This document shows, in pieces, positions 24,331 through 37,109 of a stretch of 64,000 bases of DNA (position 1 is its first letter; every line of letters starts with the position of its first letter). The position numbers were made by a program, and so were the translations under genes. The notes under the pieces are model-generated. The model was given only the letters and a program-made list of their open reading frames with translations, ran no database searches and had not been told where the DNA came from. Location: assembly GCF_018350175.1 (NCBI RefSeq), contig NC_058373.1:15748001-15812000 (forward strand), given 5' to 3'. Origin of the DNA: Felis catus (lineage: Eukaryota).

Positions 24331-26489
24331 GCACATACACTCGGGAAGCACAAAGCTGAGAGACCGTCAAAAGGCCATGAGGGAATCGGGACACCGCAGA
24401 GCTACAATTATTGTGTTCTGACGCAAAAGAAATCATCGTGTACCAAAGGGAGTTCTTGCCTTTCCAACTCGCACTGTGTGAACTTTCCCCTTTAGTTAAG
24501 CTGGGGCAATATGAATGAAGGACACTCAAAACTCGTTTTTTCTTTTTTTCCCCTGTAGGTTCACGTCATTCCCTGGCGATGCTTGGGAAGCCTTGGCTCC
24601 TGCGGAGAAAGCCCTAGTGCGAAGAGTGTAACTGTACTGGGCTTGAAGGAGCGGGCTGCCCTGTCCAAAGCCTTTCGCCCAGAACCCAACTGCTCCAGGG
24701 ACCTGTGGAAGAAGTGGCAGCTAGGTTTAGTGGTGACCTGCTCTACCAACCCCCGGGGGAAGGGTCTCATTGCTAACAGTGCTCCTAAGTAGAGACCCTT
24801 TGGACTGGATGAGTCAGCTCAGGTGAGCCTTTTGCAAATCAGCCCGATGTATTTTTCTCATTTGAAGCCCAGGCTGTCATACTCCACAATGGTGTCAGGC
24901 AAGGTGAACAATCCTGTAACCTGTTAATTTGCTTGAAATAATGACGGCAATAATCTGATCAGGTTTGCCAGACTGTCTCCATTTGAGGTGGACAGTGGTT
25001 TCTCCTGTTAAGATTGTGACACATTAAGACAAGTGTGTGATTATCATATCCAGTTATGGCACTTGGGTAACTTGAGACGCCCACTGCTGTGTGAGTAACC
25101 CACATTTACCACCCTTTCCATCCATTTGCTGTGATTGGCATATTGGTATGCTTGAACCTGTCTCCAGGTCCCTTATTTTCTTCTGGGACTACATCAATCA
25201 CAAATTCCTTCAGCTGTGCTCAAGTGTATTTATCAATATGTTAACCCCTCTCTGAAGATAATACAACAGGAGTTATTTCTAGGCTATCCCGTGAAAGCTA
25301 CTTGAACTCGCCAACTAAGGAGAACAAAGAGACACATCAGAGTATTGGAGAAGGTTACATATTGAAAGAGTAGGAGTAGGACCTTTGTTTCTTTCTAGTA
25401 CACACAGCAGTTTCCCACCTAAATTCTCGAAACATACCATACAATCATCCTCGGTACCCAAAACTGAGTCAAAAGGAGAGTTCAAGAATATTAAGTCACT
25501 AAAATCATTTCCGTTTAGGTAAATCTATTTTGACAATTGTTCATATGCAAACTTGCTCAAATCTCTACTATGTCTGATAGACGATAATTTGGGAAATGTC
25601 ATGTGAGCTCTCCATGAAAATATACTAAGAGCAAATAGGTCAATAATTCAAAGAAGTTGTCATGAGATTTTTTTTTCCAATAGATTCCTTTCCTCTGAAA
25701 TAATTACTTAAACTTAATTAGGGTCAGGGTTGCGATATTTTAGCTTCACTTATATTAAGGCCAACCTTAATAAGCTGCTTGTGGTCTTATTTTTTTTTCT
25801 TTCTATTTATTTCTTCTAAAAGGGAAGACAAAATATTTGATTGTAACAGTAGACAAAATCATGGGTAAAGAAAATTAAAGTCTCATTCTCGTTAGATAAT
25901 TTAAGAAAATCCTCATTTAAAAACATCATTTCAAGCAAAACATTTTCTAACATTCACGTTTCGAATCTCTGGTCCAGGTAAGTAACAATAAAGGCTGCTA
26001 AGGGAAATGTTTGGTCAGATTTGAGAAAACTGGCCTTCACGAGGAGCAAGCTAAAAAAACTAGATATGAGCAAACATCCCAAAGAAAAAAATAAAAATAT
26101 GAAGAGGGAAGATCTGCAAGGTCTAAAAGATTTGGATTGGAGTCACTGCTCAGGAATATTCTGGAAGTAATTGTTATAATGGTCAAAGAAATAAGCCATG
26201 CTAGACAGATTTCATTTACTTGGTGGGTTATTGTTTTGACACTTTCATACCTAGTCCTCCGTCGTTTTGCTCTGCTTTTTATCTTGTCCATTCCTCATTC
26301 TGCCCATTGAATTTGTCTTCTCGCCCCTCTTCCAGATCTGATATGAGCCATGACATGTGTCAAGAGCTCCCTTGTGTTTTTTGAATAAGTGCTAGAAATT
26401 CTTGGTATGGAATACAAATGCCACCTTAAGTTGGCCATTTTGCCAAACTTCATGCTGTTCCCAACCCCAACAGCCATCTCTGCCAGGCA

Positions 26490-26765
26490 TCACTTGTTAA
26501 ATTCCAGGTGATCCTTCAATATCTGACTTGGCCATCATCCTGCAAACTTCCTTTGACCGTCTCCTCCCCTTTCTCTAACACAATCAGGTCATTCCCGCCT
26601 CTTGTGCCAAAATATAGTGTGCACATGCCTTTATTGAATAGATACAGTAAAAAGTATTGAGATGTAATTTTACATTACATTTATGATGTTTCTCAATAGA
26701 CTGTGAGCTCCCTGGTACAGAAACAATCTTGTTGTTTCCCCAAGATAACCTGTAACATAAGAGAG
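26490..26765 (+). mobile_element. L2 3' fragment
   Basis: tagactgtgagctccctgg... L2 3' motif. Confidence 0.6.
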
Positions 26766-26809
26766 AGAAAGAAAAATTTGTTGTGTTAAGACATTAAGAT
26801 TTTGGATTT

Positions 26810-27425
26810 TGAAAATGCTAATTTTCTCCAAAATGGTCTATGGACTCGGTGAATTGCCTATCAGAATTCTAGCATAGATTTTGTAGAAATAGAAAAGCCT
26901 TTTTAAAAATGTACATAAAAATATGAAGGATCCAGAATAGACAAAGCAAGTTTTGGCAAAGAACAAAATTGGAAGACTTATATTTGCTAATTTCAAAATG
27001 TACTAGAAAGCTACAATAATCAACATAATGTAGTTCTGAAATAAGTATATAAGTACAGATCAATACACCAGAATTGAGGATCTGAACATTTGCTCTTATA
27101 TGTATGGTCAAATGACCTTTCACAAAGAATCAAGAAAGTTCAATGGGGATGCAAATTCTTTTCAACAAATAATTTTGAGATAGTTGGATATTCATATATA
27201 AGAAGGTGAATTTAGGCCCTTACCTAGTGTCGTAAACAAGTAGGATCTCAAGATGGGTCAAAGACCCAAGCGTAAGAGCTAAAATAATAGAATTTCCTGA
27301 AGGAAATACAGGAGAAAAACTTCGTGACTTTGGATTTGGTAATGGACTTTTAGATAGGAAACAATATAACCCATGAAAGAAAAAATGGTCAGTTTTACTT
27401 CATTAAAATTTAAAAACTTCTCTGA
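26810..27425 (+). mobile_element. Older L1 ORF2 3' region (host element, part 1)
   Basis: gaacaaaattggaagactta..., gatcaat...cagaattgag, ttttcaacaaat, aagagctaaaa. Confidence 0.8.
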
Positions 27426-28382
27426 TCTAAAACCAGATAAGGCCACTATAAGAAAAGAAAATTACAAGCCAATATCCCTGATGAACATAGATGCAAAAGT
27501 CCTCAACAAATTATTAACAGACTGAATTCAATGATACATTAAAAGGATCATACAAGATGACCAAGTGGAATTTATCACTGGGGTGCAAAGATGGCTGAAC
27601 CTTTATAAGTCAATCTGTGTGATACAACACATTAACAAAATGAAGGATATAAATCTTATGATCAAATTAATAGATGCCAAGAAAACATTTGGCAAAGTTC
27701 AACATTCTTTCATGATAAAAACTATCAACAAACTGGGTGTAGAGGGAATGTTCTTAACATAATAAAAGTCATATATGGTAAGCCCACAGCCAACCAATCA
27801 TACTCAATGTGAAAAGCTAAAAGTTTTTCCTATAAGATCAGGAATAAGACAAGGATGCCCACTCTTGCCATGTTTATTCAACTAGTACTGGAGGTCCTAG
27901 CCAGAGCAATTAGGCAAGAAAAAGAAATAAGAGACATCTAAATCAAAAAGGAAGAAGTAACGTTGTCACTATGGAAAAGCCTAAAGACTTTATGGTTACA
28001 ATAAACAAATTCAGTAAAGTTTCAGGATATCATATCAATCTACAAGAATCCGTTGTATGTCTATACACTAATAATAAACTACCAGAAAGAGAAATTAAGA
28101 AAACAATCCCACTTATAATTGCATCAAAAGAATAAAATACCCAAGAGCAAATTTAACCAAGGGTGTGAAAAATCTGTTCACTGAAAGCTAAAAGATATTG
28201 TTGGAAGAAACTGAAGAAGTCACAAATAAATGGAAAGATATCCCATGCTTATGGATTACAAGAATTAATATTGTTAAATATCCATACTAACCAAACAATC
28301 TATAGATACAATGCAATCTTTATCAGAATCCCAATGGAGTTTTTCACAGAAGTAGAAAAAACAATCTTAAAATTTGTATCAT

Positions 28383-28606
28383 GGGCACCTGGGTGGCTCA
28401 GTTGGGTAAACACCAACTTCGGCTCAAGTCATGATCTTGTGGTTCGTGGGTTTGAGCCCTGCTTTGGGCTCTATGCTGACAGCTCAGAGCCTGGAGCCTA
28501 CTTGGGATTTTGTGTCTCCCTCTCTCTCTCTGCCCCTCCCCTGCTCATGCTCTGTGTCTCGGTGTCTCTCAAAAATAAATAAATGTTAAAAAAAATTAAA
28601 AAAAAA
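28383..28606 (+). mobile_element. Can-SINE inside L1
   Basis: Head, (CT)n and A tail. Confidence 0.93.
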
Positions 28607-28897
28607 TGTGTGAAACCAGAAAAGACGCCAAGTTAGCCAAAGCAGTCTTGAGAAAGAAGAACAAAGCTGGAGGCATTACAGTTCCTGATTTAAGCTATAT
28701 CACAAACTACAGTAGTCAAAACAGAATGGTATTGGCATAAAAACAGACAAACAGAGCAACAGAACAGAGCAGAGGTCCCAGAAATAAACCTAAAATGGTC
28801 AGTTAATTTATGACAAAAAAGCCAAGAATGTACAATGGAGAAAAGATAGTCTCTTCAATAGAGAATGATAGAAAGGCTATCACCAAAAAAGACAAGA

Positions 28898-29101
28898 GGG
28901 GCACGTGCGTGACTCAGTCAATTAAGCGTCCAACCCTTGGTTTCAGCTCAGGTCATGATCTCATGGTTTGTGGGTTCGAGCCCGACATTGGGCTCTGCAC
29001 TGACAACACAGAGCCTGCTTGGGATTCTCTCTCTCCATCTCTCTCTGCCCCTTCCCCGCTTGTGCTTTTTCCCTCTCTCTCTCAAAAATAAATAAATAAA
29101 C
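28898..29101 (+). mobile_element. Can-SINE inside L1
   Basis: Head, (CT)n and (AAAT)n tail. Confidence 0.93.
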
Positions 29102-29822
29102 TGTTTTATCTCACATTGGTGAGAACGTGGAGGAAAGGAAACCCTTGGGACTCTTACTGGGAATGTGAACTGACGCAGCCACCATGGAAAACAGTATGGA
29201 AGTTCCTCAAAAAATTAAAATTATAACTACCTTATGACTCAACAGTTCTACTTCTGGGAGTGAAATCACTATCTCAAAGAGATCTGCACCCTCTCGTTCA
29301 TTGTGGCATTAATAGCCGAGACATGGGAACAACCTAAGCGTTCACTGACAGAAGAATGGAAAAAGAAAATGTAATAATATATACGAGGGGCATTATCCAG
29401 CCATAAAGAAGAAGGAAATCCTGCCATTTGTGACATGGATGAACTTGAAGGCAGTATGCTAAATGAAATATAGAAACGGAAGAAAGAGACTGATGGTTGC
29501 CAGGGTGGGGAGGGGGGGAAAGGGGGGAGATGGGTGAAGGTAATCTAATGGTACAAACCTCTACTTTTAAGATAAGTAAGTTTGGGGGATGTAACGTACA
29601 GCATGGTAACTAATGTTAATAATAACTATATTACATATTTGTAAGCTGTAAAAAATATAGGTCCTAAAAGTTCTTACCACCAGAAAAAAAAATTGTAACC
29701 GTGTGAGGTGAGGAAATGTACATTTACTGTGGTAATCATTGATATATGTATATGTAATCATCATTTTGTACATTTTGACCTAACACAATGTTAAATGTCA
29801 GTTATCAACGTGGGAAAAAAAT

Positions 29823-30385
29823 TCTGTAGACCTTATAAACAGAATTAAATGGCTTTTCATTATTTTTCTCACAGATTGGGAAAAGTATTTGCAAAACACA
29901 TTATCTGAGAAAGAATTCGCATTCCAAGTACTCTTAAAACATAACACCTAGAGAACAAATAACCCACTTGAAAATAGGCAAAAGATCTGAACAGATACCT
30001 CACCAAAGAAAATATGTTGATGACAAATGAGTGTATAAAAAGTTGCTAAACGGCTTTTGTCATTAGGGAAGCACAAGTCAAAACAAAAAGAAATACCTTA
30101 TCAGAATACCTAAACCACAAAAATCTGACAGTACTAATTGCCGAGGAAGAATCATAACACGTAGAACTCTGACTCATTGTAGGTAGGAATGTACAATGGC
30201 CCCACTACTTTGGAATACAGTTTGATGATTGCTTCCGAAGCCAACAGTCTTAACGGACAATTTCGCTATCAGTTGTGCTCTAGGTATTTACCTAAATGTG
30301 TTGAAAATCTATGTTCACGGAAAAACCTTCATGCAAAAGATTATAGCTGTTTTATTCATAATCTCCCTAAGCTGTAAGCAAAAAG
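29823..30385 (+). mobile_element. Older L1 (host element, part 2)
   Basis: cacagattgggaaaagtatttgcaaa, ggcaaaagatctgaacaga, cattagggaa. Confidence 0.8.
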
Positions 30386-30404
30386 GCTGTCAATACAGCC
30401 ATTA

Positions 30405-30614
30405 ATTTTTTCAAATGTTTATTTATTTTTGAAAGAGAGAGACAGCGCATGAGCTGGGGAGGGGCAGAAAGAGAGGGAGGCACAGAATCCAACGCAGGCT
30501 CCAGGCTCTGAGCTGTCAGCACAGAGCCCAACGCGGGGCTCCAACCCACAAACCGTGAGCTCATGACCTGAGCCAAAGTCAGATGCTTAACCGACTGAGC
30601 CACCCGGGTGCCCC
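30405..30614 (-). mobile_element. Can-SINE
   Basis: Antisense full copy. Confidence 0.95.
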
Positions 30615-30689
30615 AAACCATGGACAAATCTTAGGTGCCACAGGTAAGTTAAGGAAACCAGGCAACAAAGACTTTTCCTCCGTCATTTT

Positions 30690-31300
30690 CTGTTTCTGGA
30701 GAGCCTACTATTTGTGTAGTAGATATCCTGGATCTACAGCTCTAGCCTCAATCTTTTAACTCTTGTCTCATGATTTCTCCTTGTACATGGTTTCCGTGTG
30801 CGTTAAGATGTTTCTTGCACTTGATTTCAGGTCAGGAGTGGAGGTTTCACCAGGAAGTAGAGTCTTACACAATACATCTGATGCACTGTTTAATTCGGAG
30901 AGGTTTTATTTTTTTTAGCTCAAAAATAGACTTTTTATTTTATATTGGAATCTCTTCGTGTGTGTGTTTGTGTGTTTGTGTGTGTGTGTTTAAATAATTC
31001 TCTTGCCCTCCATTGTTGCCCAACTGCCTCCTGTTATGGCTGCAGGGCAGCCACTTCTGGACTACGTTGGAGGAATTTTGTTTTGTCGTTGTTGGTTCAC
31101 AGGAGCACTGACTTGATCGTTGGCATATCACAAATGCTAGCTGTCTCACCCGCCATCAAAACGCTACCTCTACTGGTAACATACAGGTTTGGAAGGCGCC
31201 CAGTTTTCTGCTGAGGCAAGCTACCGTAGACTCCCTGTTCTAGCTTTCTCCTCAGTCCCTTGCCCTTGGGGCAGAGGTACCTGAACCCATCCTTCTTGGC
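30690..31300 (-). mobile_element. Very old L1/HAL1 ORF1-5' region fragment
   Basis: tctggagagcctactatttgtgtagtagatatcctggatct resembles antisense L1 ORF1. Confidence 0.4.
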
Positions 31301-32898
31301 ATTTTGAGGCTCAAGGATGGCAGGTGTACACGCTCAGGGCTCGTTAAAGACCCTCTCCGATGGGCATAAATGACTGCATGCTCTTCTCAGAATTCAACAA
31401 TTTGTAGCCAACTCCCCAAGACGTCTTCTTCCTAGGTTTTTTGTTTGTCTACAATTAGTCACCTTTTTATCATACTGTACAGTAACTTTTTTGGTAACAT
31501 TTTTTTGAGGTCTAATTCACATAACCACTTGAAATATACAATTCAGTGGTTTCTAGTATATTCGGAAAATTGTATAACCACTACTACGGTCGTTTAGAGA
31601 GCATGTTCATCACCTCAAAACATAAACTCCGTACACATTAACTGTCACTTCCCTTCTGCCACTCATGCCCTTAGCCCTAGGCAACCACTAATCTGCTTTT
31701 TACTTGCACAGATTTACCTATATGTGGTTGAATTTGGTTTGCTAGTATTCTGTCGAGCAGTTTTGCATCTGTGTTCATCATAGGTAAGGGATCTGTAGAG
31801 TTCTTATGTCTTTGTCTGGTTTTGTGTTAGGGTTATACTGGACTCGTAGAATACATTGGGTAGTGTCCCCTTCTCTTGTATTTTTTTTTTTTTTTGGAGA
31901 TTTGTGAAGAATCGGTTAATACTTGAATCACTTAATTGTTTAAATGTGTGGTAAAATTCACCGGTAAAGCCATAGAGGTTTGCATTTTTCTTTGTTGGCA
32001 GTTTTCCCACTACTAATTAAGACCCTTCATTTCTTATATGACTATCACGATTTTCTATTTTTTTCTAGATTCAGTTTTGATGATTTGTGTCTTTCTGAGA
32101 ATTCATCCCCGCCCCCCAAGTTGTCTTATTTATTGGCGCACAATTTTTCTTAGTCCTTTTCGTTTTGGTAGAGTTGGTGGTAATATCTGCTCTTTCATTG
32201 CTGTTTCCTTGTAACGAGCCTCATATCTTATGCTCTTGATCCATCTAATTAAAATTTTGTCATTTTGTTGATATTCTCAAAGAACCAACTTTTGTTTTTG
32301 TTGATTTTTTCTACTTTCTATTTCATAAATTTCTCCTCCAATTTATGTTATTTCCTTCTGCCTGACATAATCTTAGTTTTTTGTTTTTTGTTTTTTTAAT
32401 TTGCAACTTTCTTAAGATGGAGGGTTGGATTATTAATTTGTATTCTTTCTTTTTTGCAGTGTAGACATTGAAACCTATAAATGTTCTGAGTACTGTTTTC
32501 ACTGAATTTCATAATTTTTGGTACACTGTGCCTTCATGTAACTTCAGTAAAGGTAACTTATAGTTTCTCATTTCTTTTTCTGGTCCTTCAGAAAGTGAAC
32601 AGTTCAGGAGTGAACAATTTTAATACCCATGTATTTTTGAGTTTCTCCAATTTTTTCTGTTATTGGCTCCTAACTTCATTCTACTGTGGTTGGAGCACAT
32701 AAACATTTATATTCCTTTAACATTTTAAATTACATTCAGTTTTGTTTTATGACTTGGTGCCTATTCTAGATAATGCTCTTTGCATACTTGTGAACAGTAT
32801 ACATTGCACTATTCTGGATGGAATGTTCTACTGAAATCTTGTAGGTCTACTTGGTTTATAGTGTTGCTCTAGTTTTCTATTTCCCTGTTGATTTTCTT

Positions 32899-33128
32899 TT
32901 TTTTTTTTTTTTTTAATTTTTTTTTCAACGTTTATTTATTTTTGGGACAGAGAGAGACAGAGCATGAACGGGGGAGGGGCAGAGAGAGAGGGAGACACAG
33001 AATCAGAAACAGGCTCCAGGCTCTGAGCCATCAGCCCAGAGCCTGACGCGGGGCTCGAACTCACGGGCCACGAGATCGTGACCTGGCTGAAGTCGGATGC
33101 TTAACTGACTGCGCCACCCAGGCGCCCC
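32899..33128 (-). mobile_element. Young SINEC_Fc
   Basis: CpG-rich; perfect 20-bp TSD atttccctgttgattttctt at 32879-32898 and 33130-33149. Confidence 0.97.
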
Positions 33129-33562
33129 AATTTCCCTGTTGATTTTCTTACTCAGAGGTGTCTATTTGTGTATCTCTTTGTATTATTCTACCTGGATTTT
33201 TTTTTTCACCTTCTTGGATCTTTGGATTAAACTTTTTCATGAAATTTGGGAAGTTTTCAACTATTATTTCTTCAGATAGTTTTCTTCTTCATTTCTCCCT
33301 ACTGTCCTTCTGGAATTGTCATTATGAGTACATTGGTAAGCTTAATGGTACCCCACATTTCTCGGAGCCTGTCTATTCTTTTTCTATCTTTTTCATTATT
33401 ATTATTTTTTATTACTGAGATTGCATTATCTCCATTGATTTATTTTCAGGTTCATTAATTCTTTCTTCTGCCAGTTCAGATCTACTGTTGAAGCTTCTAG
33501 ATTTTTCTTTCAATTATTATAATTTGCAGCTTCAAGACTACTATTTTTTAATGTATTTACAA

Positions 33563-33789
33563 TTTATTTTTAAAATTTTTTTAATGTTTTTATTTATTTC
33601 TGAGGGGAAGAGAGAGACAGAGTGCCAGTGGGGGAGGGACACAGAGAGAGGGAGACACAGAATCCGAAGCAGGCTCCAGGCTCTGAGCTGTCAGCACAGA
33701 GCCTGAAGCAGGGCTTGAACTCATGAACTCTGAAATCATGACCTGAGCTGAAGTCAAATGCTTAACCGACTGAGGCACCCAAACGCCCC
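33563..33789 (-). mobile_element. Can-SINE
   Basis: Antisense full copy. Confidence 0.93.
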
Positions 33790-34074
33790 CCCTTTTTTTG
33801 TATTTCTTATTTGTTCTCGCGTTATCATCATGTCTTTTTTTACTCCTTTCAGCATGGTTTTTCTTTAGTTTTTGAACATATTTATAATAGTTACTTTGAA
33901 GTCTCTGCTAAATCTGATGTCTCCTTCCTCTCACAAGCATTTCTGTTTCCCTGTTGCCTGGTTACTTTTTCTGTGTATGTGTCAAAACTCCCTATGTCTT
34001 TGCATGAAACAAACATTACATTGGTACAATTGGGGCAATACCATGTTGATACAGTTGTTACAAAATATTTTTTA

Positions 34075-34289
34075 GGGGCGCCTGGGTGGCTCAGTCGGTT
34101 AAGCTTCCGACTTCAGCCAGGTCACGATCTCGCGGTCCGGGAGTTCGAGCCCTGCGTCGGGCTCTGGGCTGATGGCTCAGAGCCTGGAGCCTGCTTCCCA
34201 TTCTGTGTCTCCCTCTCTCTGACCCTCCCCCGTTCATGCTCTGTCTCTCTCTGTCTCAAAAATAAATAAAACGTTAAAAAAATTAAAAA
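34075..34289 (+). mobile_element. Young SINEC_Fc
   Basis: CpG-rich; TSD aaaatatttttta. Confidence 0.96.
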
Positions 34290-35766
34290 AAAATATTTTT
34301 TAAATGTCCAGCCCCCCACCCCCCCCCCGCACCCCTCACCCCCCACCCCCACCCCCACCAGTTCAGTTTATTTCTATCTGTTTAGAGGGGGGGCTAAACA
34401 TTGAAACAATATATTGTAGCAAGTTTGATACTGTCCCCAATCTCATCCCTCTGGGATTGTTATTCTTATGTGTTCATCATTATTTTAATGACTGGCTGGA
34501 TTATTTTAGCAAAGTCACCCTGACAATGTGAGCCTCTGGTGTTGCCCCATAAAGGTGAAACCTTGAGCATGAGTGCTGTCATCCTGGCATGATGATGGTT
34601 CTGGCATGGGTGTTTTGTTTTGTTTTGTTTTGTTTTGTTTTGTTGTTGATGTCTCTTGTCTTCATAATATCCTGCCATTAAGCTCCACTCATTTTTGACT
34701 TCTCTGTCATTTTCGTCAATGACCTGGGTCATAAACTTCTCCACAAATTTTATCCAATAAAATGCTGGCTCCCTTACAGGGACAGATTTCGAGGTTTGTG
34801 TTTGAGGTTGTTTTAAGCACAGAAGGGTTCTCCTGAGTTGTCTGTTTCCTGTTATTTCTTTTTTTCTGGAAATTTAGTCAGATAATGCTTTAGCTTGTAT
34901 TACTTAGGAATTCTTCAGTTTCCTTTTAATTATTTTTCACCACACCGCCCATTGTTTTGAAAATTCTAAGGCTGCACTCTGTTGCCATTAAACCAGTTCC
35001 TTGAGAAGAGATTCAGAGCTTTCTGTTTTATGGCCTGCCTCTGCCCGGAGGTAAAATATATGCATCAAGGCTCTAGAGCTGGGGGTGGAGACAATGGAAT
35101 ACTCTTCTCTGATTCGATACCCCCAATAAGGTAGGCATTCGGCCAGGGATGTTGAGTTCTAGACAGGGCTGTACCCTTTGGTCTTCTCCAATTGCTTGTC
35201 CCAAACTGGTACAAACAAACTGCAATGGAGGTGATCTGGGTCCCAGTATTCTCAAGGTGCTTCATCCAAGACAGAGCCTCCAACTCACAAGGGGGAACAG
35301 GGCAGAAGAACTTGAACCCTCACTCTTTCGCTGTACTTCTTTGGAACACAGTCTCTGCAACAGGTAAGCGGAGCATGAGGAAAAATGTTGATGTCTTGCC
35401 TTTCCTGGAAAGATACATAGGCCTTCAACTAGGAGCCTTCGGAGAGGGAGCCCTGTGTTCTTGATTGCACCCATCTGGAATGGGTCCCCATTCCCACTAA
35501 GTTCCCAGCCCACTAAGCTGGAATGTGGGATGGGGGAGTGGGTCAGGGTTCAAAGGCCACAGACTCCCTGTTCTCACCAAATATTCGCAGGTCTTCCCAA
35601 TTAAATATCCCTTCATTTGCTGTATGTCCTTAGGACCATTTCTAGAGATTTTTAAATTGTTATTTGTTATCATTTTCACCAGCTTCATTTGGGAGCTGGT
35701 CTGCTTTATTCCTCAGGCTGCCATACCAGAAGTCCTTTGTCGTGGCTTTGTAAAACTTAACCCCCC

Positions 35767-35998
35767 GAGGTGCCTAGGTGGCTCCCTTGGTTAAGTGTCA
35801 GACTCTTGATTTGAAGCATCAGACTTTTGATTTCACCTCAGGTCATGATCTCACAGTCCTGAGTTTGAGCCCCATATCTGGCTGCTGGGAATCGTGTCTC
35901 CCCTCCCTCTCCCTGTCCCTCCCCTACTCACACACACACTCTCTCTCTCTCTCTCTCTCTCTCTCAAAATAAATGAATAAAGTTAAAAAAAAAAAAAA
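35767..35998 (+). mobile_element. Can-SINE
   Basis: Degenerate head, internal tcagact(c/t)ttgattt duplication, (CT)n, A tail. Confidence 0.88.
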
Positions 35999-36861
35999 CA
36001 AATTGGTCTTCCAAGCTGTCTTGGAGATCTTATAGCAGAGAGAAGAAGGTTCCTACACCGATTCTTTCCTTGGAAGCTCTAACATAGCCCAAGACTTCAC
36101 CTGAGCCCAGTTTTTTGTATGTCCCTCCACAGCTGTTTGTTTTAGTGAAGTTGGGAGTGAAAGGAAAAGAGGCTGTGTTCATATCACCGTGGTTCAGAAA
36201 CCTGCTTCTCCATTCTTCCTTGTCAGAGCATCACCGTGCAAAAGAACAAGACACCTAACTATTTAATAACGTGAGCAAACTTTTCCAAAAATATTTAGTT
36301 CCCTCTATTAAATTTGCCACCATGGTAAGGAATAAAATCCAACTCATTATCTTCAGACCCTAAGTCTAATTCCAGGAAAATTTTCCATAGTGCATATATT
36401 CTGCATGAATAATTTTATGCTTCTTTCACTTTGACCTTCGACTACATTAAGCAAAGCAATCATAAGATTTATGAACAAGAAACATAAGAAATATACTGAT
36501 TTGAGCTTAAAATACATAACATTTCAAAATAAAAATGAATGTTTCCTCATTTGATCTCAAAAGTATATTGTTTAAATGTATTTTATAATGAAGGAATATA
36601 GGAAAATCTAATTAATATGTGTCTGAAAGAAAGATATTCATGACAATGAACTCTACATCATACATGTTAATGCATCTTAGGGAGTTCTTCAATACATTTA
36701 ATAATTGAGTCTCCTGGTTAGCAAACATTTTAAATGATATTTTCCATAATTGTTTGTAAAAACATTTATCTTTGCCATTTGAAGCATTCTTCATTGTCTT
36801 TCTCTATGCAGATACATTTAAAATAATTTTTGTGTACTCTATTTTGTTCATCTTCAGTGTC

Positions 36862-36932
36862 TTAATCATTGATATTGACGGTGTTTTTCTTTTTATCAGA
36901 AGTGTGGATTTGGTCAGGAACTAATGTGAATA
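36862..36932 (-). CDS. Candidate terminal coding exon of an unrecognised minus-strand gene
   Basis: Acceptor cttctgtttaactatag|, phase 1, (L)FTLVPDQIHTSDKKKNTVNIND*. Confidence 0.25.
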
Positions 36933-37109
36933 CTATAGTTAAACAGAAGTGCATTGGTAAATATAGGTTTAAATGAATTAAATTAATGAATTAAATGGAT
37001 TAAATGAATTAAAAGCAAGTATCAGGTACCAAAGTCAGGGTAGCCTAAATCTCAATGCTGACTTTAACAAAATAGAGTGTATGTAGTTACCTACCTACTT
37101 AACTCTTAC

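Larger units (their letters stand above)
27426..29822 (+). mobile_element. 5'-truncated L1 (L1MA9-like) with decayed RT and 3'UTR
   Basis: [15 protein letters not shown]...DDQVEFITGVQRWLNLYKSICVIQHINKMK = L1 ORF2 RT with stops and deletions; L1MA-type 3'UTR; carries two SINEs. Confidence 0.92.
31490..35740 (-). mobile_element. Antisense L1 (3'UTR piece, ORF2, ORF1 and 5'UTR remnants) with SINE insertions
   Basis: ORF 31804-32010 LPTKKNANLYGFTGEFYHTFK...EKGTLPNVFYESSITL matches L1 ORF2; aaatttgggaagttttcaactattatttcttca is ORF1-like. Confidence 0.85.
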
